Origin: Octopus sinensis
Lineage: Eukaryota
Length of the DNA: 64,000 nt
NCBI RefSeq assembly: GCF_006345805.1
Contig: NC_043008.1
Location: forward strand, 23,002,001-23,066,000
Direction: 5' to 3'
Part shown: positions 52,115 to 64,000 of the stretch, one piece after another
Numbering within the stretch: position 1 is the stretch's first letter
Layout: each line of letters begins with the position of its first letter
Program-made: the position numbers and the translations under genes
Notes under the pieces: model-generated
Told to the model about the DNA's origin: nothing
Database searches by the model: none
Seen by the model: only the letters and a program-made list of their open reading frames with translations

Positions 52115-54611
52115 ATGCGTACATGCATACATACATACATACATACATACATACATACATACATACATACATACATACATGCATACATACATACATACAT
52201 GCATACATACATACATGCATACATACATACATGCATACATACATACATACATACATACATACATACATACGTACGTACATACATACATACATACATACAT
52301 ACATACATACATGCATACATACATACATACATACATACATACATACATACATACATACATACATACGTACGTACATACATACATACATACATACATACAT
52401 ACATACATACATGCATGCATACATACATACATACATACATACATGCATACATACATACATACATACATACATACATGCATACATACATACATACATACAT
52501 ACATACATACATTACATACAATCATACATACATACATGCATACATACATACATACATACATACATACATACATACATACATACATACATTACATACAATC
52601 ATACATACATACATGCATACATACGTACGTACATACATACATACATACATACATACATACATACATGCATACATACATACATACATACATACGTACGTAC
52701 ATACATACATACATACATACATGCATACATACATACATACATACATACATACATGCATACATACATACATACATACATACATACATGCATACATACATAC
52801 ATACATACATACATACATACATACATACATGCATACATACATACATACATGCATACATGCATACATACATACATACATACATACATACATACATACATTA
52901 CATACAATCATACATACATACATACATGCATACATACATACATACATACATACATGCATACATACATACATACATGCGTACATACATACATACATACATA
53001 CATGCATACATACATACATACATACATGCATACATACATACATACATACATACAATCATACATACATACATACATGCATACATACATACATACATACATG
53101 CATACATACATACATACATACATACATACATACATACATACATACATACATACATTACATACAATCATACATACATACATACATGCATACATACATACAT
53201 ACATACATACATACATACATACATACATTACATACAATCATACATACATACATACATGCATACATACATACATGCATACATACATACATACATACATACA
53301 TACATACATACATGCATACATACATACAAACATACATACATACATACATACATACATGCATACATACATACATACATGCATACATACATACATACATACA
53401 TACATACATACATACATACATACATACATGCATACATACATACATACATGCATACATACATACATACATACATACATAATACATACATGCATACATACAT
53501 ACATACATACATACATGCATACATACATACATACATACATACATACATGCATACATACATACATACATACATACATACATACACATGCATCATACATACA
53601 TACATGCATACATACATACATACATGCATACATACATACATACATACATACATGCATACATACATACATGCATACATACATACATCATGCATACATACAT
53701 ACATACATACATACATCAACATACATACATACATACATAACATACATACATACATACATGCATACATACATACATACATTACATACATGCATACATACAT
53801 ACATACATACATACATACATACATACATGCATACATACATACATACATACATACATACATTACATACAATCATACATACATACATACATGCATACATACA
53901 TACATACATACATACATGCATACATACATACATACATACATACATACATACATGCATACATACATACATACATACATACATACATACATGCATACATACA
54001 TACAAACATACATACATACATACATGCATACATACATACATACATACATACATACATACATACATACATGCATACATACATACATACATACATACATACA
54101 TACATGCATACATACATACATACATACATGCATACATACATACATACATACATACATACATACATACATACATGCATACATACATACATACATACATACA
54201 TACATACATACATGCATACATACATACATACATACATGCATACATACATACATACATACATACATACATACATGCATACATACATACATACATACATACA
54301 TACATACAAACATACATACATACATACATACATACATGCATACATACATACATACATGCATACATACATACATACATGCATACATACATACATACATACA
54401 TACATACATACATACATACATCATACATGCATACATACATACATACATGCATACATACATACATGCATACATACATACATACATACATACAAACATACAT
54501 ACATGTATACGTACATACATACATACATACATACATACATACATGCATGCATACATACATACATACATACATACGTACATACATACATACATACATGCAT
54601 ACATACATACA

Positions 54612-54644
<33 letters not shown>

Positions 54645-54670
54645 GCATGCATCATACATACAAACATACA
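52115..54670. repeat. ~2.55-kb (TACA)n satellite with TGCA and indel variants
   Basis: Seen directly; source of the long HTYI/MYVC ORFs. Confidence 0.95.
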
Positions 54671-55066
54671 TGGATGGATGCAAAGTCTCGTGAGTGGATT
54701 TGGTAGATGGAAACTGAAAGAAGCACGTCGTATATAGTGGTTTTACTTTTTATCTTATATTAAACTTTATATTTAAACTTTTTAATACTTTTTGATAGTT
54801 ATATATATTTAATAATAAGAATATATTTAGAATATATATATATATTATATATATATATATATAATATATATATATATAAAGAATATAAAAATTTATAAAT
54901 ATAAATTAATAATTTTAATTCTAATTTTAAATTTAAATAATTTAAATTTTTAAATTTTATTTTAATATATTAGTATATTATATTAATTATTTTTATTTTT
55001 ATGTTTTGGTTTATGTTTTTCATTGTTTGATTTGCCTAATAGTGTTTATATCTCTAATTTAATTTA

Positions 55067-55148
<82 letters not shown>

Positions 55149-55352
55149 CCAGAGATGCAGCACGGACTTTGTCAGTGAACAGGTCGCGGATTTTAGCGAC
55201 GAAAATATTTTGACAAATTAAACTTAAATGTTGAAGTGAATCGAACGGCTTTTGTGTGTTTCTTAAATGGCTTATAAACACCTTCCACGCTGCAATTGTT
55301 TTCGTTTCAGCACACGATCTCAGATCAAATTACTTGCTATGCGAGTACATCT

Positions 55353-55427
<75 letters not shown>

Positions 55428-56363
55428 GTATGTAGAAAAATACAACATGGACAAGAACGTATAACTCTTAGAAGACGATACAATAAACACGGACAGGACA
55501 TTCGAAACCCTCAGTCTTCAGTCAAGAACCGGATCATCGTAGTAATTTCGGCTGATTAATCTTGAGATTACTAGATCACGGCCAGCCCTCCAAGAAAAAC
55601 TAAGCAAATATATATATATATATATGTCTGTGTGTGTTCCCCCAGCCATCGCTTGGCAACCGATGTTGGTGTGTTTACGTCCTCGTAACTCAGCGGTTCG
55701 GCAACAGAGAGTGATAGAATAAGTACTGGGCTGACAAAGAATAAGTTCTGGGGGTCGCTTTGTTCGACTAAAGACGGTGCTCCAGCATGGCCGTAATCAG
55801 ATGACTGAAACAAGTGAAAAGAAAGAAATGCATATATACATGCACGCATAGATGTATGCATACATACATACATACATACATACATACATACATACATACA
55901 TAATGCATACATGCATACATACAAACATATATACATACATACATGCATACATACATAACACATACATACATGTATTCATACATACATACATGGATACATG
56001 GATACATGCATACATACATGCAAGCATACATACACACATACACACATAAATACGTACATACATACATACATACATACATACATACATACATCATAATTAT
56101 CAACTTGAGACTGTCTCGATTCCAATAAAAGATGTTTGTTACCGAGTTTACAACCGTCTTTTTTATCTATTGGACGAGACAATTCAAAAACTAAAACTAG
56201 CACACACACACACACGCACACACACACATACACACACACGCACTCACACAATATATATATATGTATGTATGAATATATATGTATCTGTTTATATATTTGT
56301 ATTTATACATATATACATACATATATACAATATATATAATATAATATATATAATGTATGTATA

Positions 56364-56405
<42 letters not shown>

Positions 56406-56414
56406 CGAAAACTA

Positions 56415-56459
<45 letters not shown>

Positions 56460-56598
56460 TATATATATATGTCTATGTTTTCGTTTCTCATTGTGTTCGA
56501 CGTTTTTTTTGTGTCCTGTACTTATATATGCGTGTATATATACATGTAGAGGTAGGTACGTACATATATGTATATATATATGCATATGTTTTTATTTA

Positions 56599-56642
<44 letters not shown>

Positions 56643-57159
56643 CACATATATATATATGTCAATGTATATATGTATATATTTCATAGATACGATAGATCGT
56701 CAAAATATAATTACCAATAACAATACAGACTGTTAAACACACATAGAGTCGGATGTGTGTGAGTGTGCATTTACGTGTCTACGTATGTCTGCATGTATTC
56801 ATATGAAGTGAAAGACAGGGGTAGAGATAGATAGATCGATAGATAGATAGATATATAGAAAGAGAGAGAGGGAGAGAGAGAAAGAGAGGGAGTTAGAAAT
56901 TACAGAAGATTAACTGATAGATTGATATAAAGATGGATATATATTTTGATAGCTGGAGCACACGTTGTAACTTTCCATATTTTGAATACACTACTCTCTT
57001 GAAATTGCTATCTTGTGAATCTTAATATAATTTATATAAAAATCGCTGCCAACTAAAAATAAGTGGATGATTTTATTTCAATTTATTTTCAAGTGGCTTA
57101 TCATAATTGGAATCCCGACGGGCTATCAAACTACAAAACACTTTAAGTAATATATTTCT

Positions 57160-57165
57160 TGTTAC

Positions 57166-57203
<38 letters not shown>

Positions 57204-57336
57204 ATTATTATTTATTATTATTGTTATTGTTATTATTATTATTATTATATTATTATTATTATTATTATTATTATTTATTATTATTATTATTTATTATTAT
57301 TATTATTATTATATTATTATTATTATCATCATCATC

Positions 57337-57368
<32 letters not shown>

Positions 57369-57468
57369 TTTATTATTATTATTATTATATTATTATTATT
57401 TTATTATTATCATTGTTATTGTTATTATTATATTATTTATTATTATTATTATTATTATATTATTATTA

Positions 57469-57503
<35 letters not shown>

Positions 57504-57650
57504 CATTGTTATTGTTATTATTTTATTATTATTATTATTATTATTATTATATTATTATTATTATTATTATATTATTATTATTATTATTATTCTTATCATT
57601 ATTATCGTTGTTGTTGTTATATCTTTATTATATATTATTATTATTATTTC
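57160..57650. repeat. Degenerate (TTA)n microsatellite
   Basis: Seen directly in the sequence. Confidence 0.9.
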
Positions 57651-58044
57651 TGTATCGTTTCTTTATTATTTATTATATTTGTTTGTTTCTTTTTCACGAG
57701 GGGGACTAACCTCAGGTTTGAGTGATGTATCTTGGCAGCCATGCTGCATCGTCTCAAGACAGTTACTTTACAAAGAGTGAAAAAAATATTATTTTTTTCT
57801 TCTTCTCTTTTCCACATTATTGATCTTTCATAAAAGATGGCTTTTAAATACAGAATGATAAAAAACAAGTAACGTCTTGTGGTGTTTTTCCTACCTTTCT
57901 TTCTAGCCACCTTAGAATTTAATCTTCGGAAATGGTGCAGGCGTACTTGTCCTTTGAACGTAAAACTCTCTTTGTAATATCTGAGCGTAAAATAAGGAGT
58001 TTTAAGATACCATCTTTTAACTTGAAGTTTTAACTTCCAGTATA

Positions 58045-58144
58045 NNNNNNNNNNNNNNNNNNNNNNNNNNNNNNNNNNNNNNNNNNNNNNNNNNNNNNNN
58101 NNNNNNNNNNNNNNNNNNNNNNNNNNNNNNNNNNNNNNNNNNNN
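58045..58144. other. Assembly gap (100 N)
   Basis: Run of N. Confidence 1.
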
Positions 58145-58303
58145 GATATGTACATGGAGATAAAGGTGTGTGTGAACATGTGTGTGTCAGTGTGTGTGTG
58201 CATGTGTGTGTATATGTGTGTGCATATGTGTGTGTGCATGTATGTTTGTGTGCCTTCATGTGTATGTGTGTGTGTGTGTGTGTATCTGTGTGCACACACA
58301 CTC

Positions 58304-59097
58304 ATATAAGTACAGATGCATACATGCAGATATATATGTACATATACATCCCCACATCTACTGCCTCTTCCTACTTCCCTCCAAACACACAACTGATTTA
58401 CTGTCCATCATGTGGTCAATTTCCTGTTCACCATGCAGTCAATTTCCAACTAATCGTTGTCACTGGAATACCAACATCAAACCACTATACCGCGTGACCT
58501 TTCTCTCCAGCAATAATCATCATCATTTAACATCTACCTTCCATGCTGGCATGGGTTGGATGGTTTGACAGGAGCTGGCCAGGAAGAGAACTGCACCAGA
58601 CATCTGTGTTTGTTTTGGCACAACTTGTTTTTGGCTGAATGCCCTTCCTAACACCAACCATCCAGCAGAGTGGACTGAGTATTTTTTACATGGCATTAAC
58701 ACAGGTGAGGTCAGTTTTAGCATGGTTTTTTACAGCTAGATGCCCTTCCAAATGCCAACCACCTTACAATGTAGATTAGATGTTTTTTTACATGGTACCA
58801 GCACTGGCAAGGCCACCAGGTAACTTGCAAGACAAAGATCCTATGAAAGGGAGGAGGCATTGGAGGAGGTTATCTTGATTTAGATGATGAAAGGTTAGAG
58901 TGTGACAGAGAGACAGAAACAGGTGACTTGCTGTAGAGTAGGAATATGGTTACACATAGTATATATATATATATATATATATATATTAGCCTGCTCGCTT
59001 AGCCAGCGGGGTGGCGTCATTCGAAGGCTAAAACAATGCGAACGCATTGTGACCAGCGATGTGTAACAACATCTGATGGTCTGGTCGGTCACGTGAT

Positions 59098-59148
<51 letters not shown>

Positions 59149-59980
59149 GTGTGTGTGTGCATATATATCATCATCATCATCATCATCATCGTTTAACATC
59201 TGTTTTTCATGTTGGCATGGGTTGGACGGTTTGACTGGAGACTTGCAAGCCAGGAGGCTACAACAGGCTCCAGTCTGATCTGGCAATGTTTCTACAACTG
59301 GATGCCCTTCTTAACGCCAACCACTCAGTGTAGTGGCTGCTTTTTACGTGCCACTGGCTCAGGGATCCACTCTGGTGGCTCAGGCAGCAACCCACACATG
59401 AATGAATGGTGCATATAGCATGTCACCAGCACTGGTGATGGCCACAACTACAATTTCCATTTGATTGTGATTTGATTTGGTTTTGATTTACTTTACTCAA
59501 TAGGTCTCATCAAGCATGGAACATCACCCGATGATTCAAAGGTTCATCTGAACTCTCAATCAAACCCCAGTAGCCGAAGACTATCCACACACTTGAAACT
59601 CAGAGTACTAAAGAGTCTGAATCAAACTGTTTTGATCTATTCTTGTAACTCCCAATAAGTGTGTTGAGTGCTCTTCTTTCATTTGTCTACTCACTCGTAT
59701 AGTCCGATGAGTGGGAACATGAAACTCTGAATAACAGTTTTTGTGTTATTTTTGCTGCTTGGTTCCTGTGCCAGTGGCACGTAAAAAGCAGCCACTACAC
59801 TGAGTGGTTGGCGTTAAGAAGGGCATCCAGTTGTAGAAACATTGCCAGATCAGACTGGAGCCTGTTGTAGCCTCCTGGCTTGCAAGTCTCCAGTCAAACC
59901 GTCCAACCCATACCAACATGAAAAACAGATGTTAAACGATGATGATGATGATGATGATGATATATGCACACAGACACATA

Positions 59981-60036
<56 letters not shown>

Positions 60037-60373
60037 TAACAATAAAGGGTGAAATTAATTAATTTAGAATAATTATTAATTACACCAAGTAGATTTCGGC
60101 ATGTAAAAGCCTCATTCGAGGAAAATTTAAGTAATACTAAGCAATTAAGGGTTTAGCAACGAATTGCCTCACCACACACCGAATTTAGAAATAGCAGTCA
60201 AAGAGTTATAGCTATTCTTTCTACTAAAAGGGAGATCTCAGTAAAAACACAGCAAGTGCTGTGTTTTTACTGAGATCTCCCTTTTAGTAGAAAGAATAGC
60301 TATAACTCTTTGACTGCTATTTCTAAATTCGGTGTGTGGTGAGGCAATTCGTTGCTAAACCCTTAATTGCTTA

Positions 60374-60417
<44 letters not shown>

Positions 60418-61428
60418 TCTCGGAGTGGTTGGCGTTAGGAAGGGCATCCAGCTGTAGAAACACTGCCAGATCTGACTGGCCTGGTGCAGCCTTCGGGCTT
60501 GCCAAACCCCAGTTGAACCGTCCAACCCATGCTAGCATGGAAAGCGGACGTTAAACGATGATGATGATGATGATGATATATATATATATCACGTGATCAC
60601 GTGACCGACCAGACCATCAGATGTTGTTACACATCGCTGGTCACAATGCGTTCGCATTGTTTTAGCCTTCGAATGACGCCACCCCGCTGGCTAAGCGAGC
60701 AGGCTAATATATATATATATATATATATATACTATGTGTAACCATATTCCTACTCTACAGCAAGTCACCTGTTTCTGTCTCTCTGTCACACTCTAACCTT
60801 TCATCATCTAAATCAAGATAACCTCCTCCAATGCCTCCTCCCTTTCATAGGATCTTTGTCTTGCAAGTTACCTGGTGGCCTTGCCAGTGCTGGTACCATG
60901 TAAAAAAACATCTAATCTACATTGTAAGGTGGTTGGCATTTGGAAGGGCATCTAGCTGTAAAAAACCATGCTAAAACTGACCTCACCTGTGTTAATGCCA
61001 TGTAAAAAATACTCAGTCCACTCTGCTGGATGGTTGGTGTTAGGAAGGGCATTCAGCCAAAAACAAGTTGTGCCAAAACAAACACAGATGTCTGGTGCAG
61101 TTCTCTTCCTGGCCAGCTCCTGTCAAACCATCCAACCCATGCCAGCATGGAAGGTAGATGTTAAATGATGATGATTATTGCTGGATGTTAGTCTGTGATT
61201 GGTCATGCGGTATAGGATGTTAGTCTGAGAAAGGTCACGCGGTATAGTGGTTTGATGTTGGTATTCCAGGGACAACGATTAGTTAGAAATTGACTGCATG
61301 GTGAACAGGAAATTGACCACATGGTGGACAGTAATTCAGTTGTGTGTTTGGAGGGAAGTAGGAAGAGGCAGTAGATATGAGTGTGTATATGTACATATAT
61401 ATCTGCATGTATGCATCTGTACTTATAT
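58304..61428. repeat. Nested inverted duplications carrying RTE-like 3' ends with (GAT)n tails
   Basis: 58304-59110 vs 60580-61428, and 59135-59358 vs 59770-59995; tail motif GGCGTTAGGAAGGGCATCCAGCTGTAGAAAC...GTTAAACGATGATGAT. Confidence 0.85.
60134..60377. repeat. Perfect palindrome, 121-bp arms and 2-nt spacer
   Basis: Centre CACAGCA-AG-TGCTGTG at 60248-60263. Confidence 0.95.
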
Positions 61429-61444
61429 AAGTGTGTATGTGTGC

Positions 61445-62407
61445 TTAGATCTATATATCATCATATATTTAATAGATCATCAATTAAAATATCTTTCTCT
61501 ACAACACCAAACATAGGATCTATTATAGCCAGTTCTAATAAAAGAAAAATTAACAAATATAAAAATAGCCATAATAATGATGATAATAACAATAACAATA
61601 GTAATAATAGTGATGGGATGGTAATGGTGATAAGAATAATAATAGTAATAATAATGATATGATAAGAACCAATAATCGGGATATATGTAATACTCATAAT
61701 ACGGAATACATAATAATAATATTAATATAAAAAAACTGAAGCAAAATTCTAAATACAATACAAGTAAAAATATACAAAATGCATTAGATAATACACCACA
61801 AGATAATAATAATAAAAATAATAATTTAAAAGTAATAAATATATCTAATTCTACAACAAATAATAATACAATAAATTCAACAATAATACCACTCACTGAA
61901 AATAACCATAACAATAATAGATACGACATAGCTGAACATAAATACAATAATAGAAATAAGAATTGCTCCTGTAAAAATAAAAAAAATATGTCCTTTAAAA
62001 GGCAATTGTAGAAGATTTAATGTAATATGCAAATGTAGAGTTACAATAATTAATAATTCACAAGGTAAGGTATACATAGGTAGTTCCGTTAATTTTAAGC
62101 AAAGATTTTTAGTGCATATACACTCATTTAAGCCAAATACAGCCACCAATACAACTTCATTAGCTACATACATAAGCTAAAGAAAAACAAAATTAACTAT
62201 AAATTAGAATGGTCTATAATAGATTCAGCCATACCATACATGCATAAATCTAATAGTTGCTGTCTCTGTATGAAAGAATCACTGTATATATTATTATATA
62301 AACATAAGAATTTAATAAATTGTCAATCAGAAGCACTTTCAACATGTAGGCATAGATTTTATAAAACCTTTCAATATTATAGGAAATCTAATAAAGATTT
62401 GGATTAG
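61445..62407 (+). pseudogene. Penelope-like element C-terminus with GIY-YIG endonuclease
   Basis: HHIFNRSSIKISFSTTPNIGSIIASSNKRKI, an Asn-rich linker, then NCSCK/CPLKGNC, GKVYIG (62064-62081), FKQRF, WSII, CCLCMKESLYIL, LSTCRH; frameshifted. Confidence 0.85.
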
Positions 62408-62860
62408 TAAATATATATATAGATATACTTTTTTTTTGTGATATTAAAATATAGGGTGATACTTACAAATAGATAGATTGATAAATTGAATAGAATTATT
62501 TGACTATAAGTAAATTTATAAGATATAAATTATAAATTAGACATTAAATAAAGATTGACTAGACATTCCTAGAATTAGAACCCAGGTCCATCTTATCTAT
62601 AACAAATGGACAGTTATAATTGAATTAAATTTAAAAATCCAAAATTTTAATTGGTATCTTCCAATTACAAAAATAAAAATATAAAAGAAATACTGTGAAC
62701 AATTTATAATTTTACAAATTCATTGTGAGTTGAAGTGAGTTATTGAAGCTGAGTTATATTTGTGAGTTGAATGTTAATTTATTGTTGATTATTGCTGTTC
62801 GTTGATATCGTTGTTAATATCGTTAAATTTTTGTGTCGTTAAATTTTCCCATTGAGGAAA

Positions 62861-63811
62861 ATGGAGAAGGTGCCTGCGGGTGGTCACAGCTATGCAGCTA
62901 CAACTGGAAGAGGAGCAGAGGAAAGAACACTAAAGACTTTTGAAATAAAAGTCAAACCCAAGAAAATGAAAGCTTGCAAGAAGCTGCTAAAGAAGGAGGG
63001 TGAAACTATAAAGCTAATACCACTCGAAGAGCTGTCAAACAGCGTAATGAAGAAAACGGTGACCTACAAGACCTTGAAGGTTGCTACAAGGAAAATAGAA
63101 ATAGCAACAATAGAGGAAATCGAAAAAGTGTTGGAAGGCATTAAAAAGTTGATAACCTTCAGAACGAGAGGCAGAAGGTATGCCACTGTAGATGTGCGAT
63201 TCATATTGGAGGAGGAAGCAATAAGACATGCAACGGAGGCAATTCGTTTGGAAGAATGGATTCTTTTGCCATTGTATTGCGGAAAATGTGTGGCGAGAGT
63301 TTGGGTGGGCCAAGTGCCCCCTGAGCTGGAGGAGGCATGGCTAATGACAGCCATTATGTATAACATGAAGGACGGGACCAGAATACTGAAGGCCACCAGA
63401 ACAAATAAGCTGGACTACTGGGGCTATGGATTGGAATTAACAATCCACGCAACAGTAGAAGACCTCAATAGAATAACTGAGGAGATAGTGTTGCCTAACA
63501 GTTTCTCACTTAGAATGAAGGTGGAGGGCAGACCGCCTGTGTGTTTTGAATGTGGCGAAAAGGGGCACATGAAGGCGAGATGGCCACAGAAACAACAGAG
63601 AGAAATTCAAGAAAATGTCGAACAGGCAGTGCTTGTCGAGAGTAGTGCAAAAACAGCGGAAGAAGGTTTCATGATAGTGGAAAGAAAAAGGAGGAGCGGT
63701 AGGGTAAGCCTGTCACCAACTAACCAGATTAAGAAGAAAGAAGAGGTGGAAAGGGAAGATGTAACAAGAAAGATGACAAAAGTAAGGTGGAGAAGGGAAG
63801 TGAAAAAATAA
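62861..63811 (+). CDS. LINE ORF1-like gag protein (L1/Tx1-like) with zinc knuckle
   Basis: Open frame from ATG at 62861; VPPEL motif and CFECGEKGHMKARW knuckle (last Cys to Trp); purine-rich continuation to the window end. Confidence 0.7.
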   Translation: MEKVPAGGHSYAATTGRGAEERTLKTFEIKVKPKKMKACKKLLKKEGETIKLIPLEELSNSVMKKTVTYKTLKVATRKIEIATIEEIEKVLEGIKKLITFRTRGRRYATVDVRFILEEEAIRHATEAIRLEEWILLPLYCGKCVARVWVGQVPPELEEAWLMTAIMYNMKDGTRILKATRTNKLDYWGYGLELTIHATVEDLNRITEEIVLPNSFSLRMKVEGRPPVCFECGEKGHMKARWPQKQQREIQENVEQAVLVESSAKTAEEGFMIVERKRRSGRVSLSPTNQIKKKEEVEREDVTRKMTKVRWRREVKK

Positions 63812-64000
63812 TTAAGAAGGTGTGTGACAATGAGCCACAGAAGGATGAAGCAAGGATGAGGACGACATGTGATATGGCAGAAGTTTCAGGAATTCAGCTA
63901 CAAGAGGGTGAGATGGAGAAACTGTTTACAGTGGAGATGGAGAAGAAGAAAGTTCCAGCATCAGAGAAGAGTATAGAGGAAGCTATATCGGGAGAGGAAG

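Noticed and set aside
52105-54737. Very long ORFs (up to 862 aa, HTYI/MYVC repeats)
   Set aside because: They are translations of the (TACA)n satellite, which lacks stops in several frames.
55500-55590. Minus-strand CTGAAGA in a repeat between (TA)n tracts
   Set aside because: No convincing helix II or GAAA-helix III arrangement.
60085-60125. Minus-strand CGAATGA-GGC...GCC-GAAA hammerhead-like motif
   Set aside because: The core deviates from CUGANGA and helices I and III are not evident.

Overview
AT-rich, repeat-saturated animal genomic DNA whose SINE repertoire looks octopus-like (judged from sequence, no database search). I recognise no intact host protein-coding gene; most track ORFs are microsatellite read-throughs. 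Content: (1) at least four tRNA-derived SINE families, one forming 184-bp-period multimers; (2) transposon fossils: a DD37D Tc1/mariner transposase, three Merlin-like MITEs, a Tigger-like MITE, a Helitron, RLE-type LINE pieces, three copies of a zinc-knuckle LINE ORF1 and a Penelope GIY-YIG end; (3) a decayed array of tRNA-Cys-derived loci sharing a ~1.45-kb unit across 0-41 kb; (4) many fold-back structures. The most notable signal is a set of hammerhead-ribozyme (HHR) motifs: a complete type I HHR in both arms of a 430-bp inverted repeat (22.2-23.6 kb), and a composite element joining a Pol III tRNA head, an (AAT)n tract and a Penelope-type HHR tail, arranged head-to-head with a deleted copy of itself (24.2-25.2 kb). 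A 100-N gap lies at 58045-58144, next to nested inversions that may be partly assembly artefacts.
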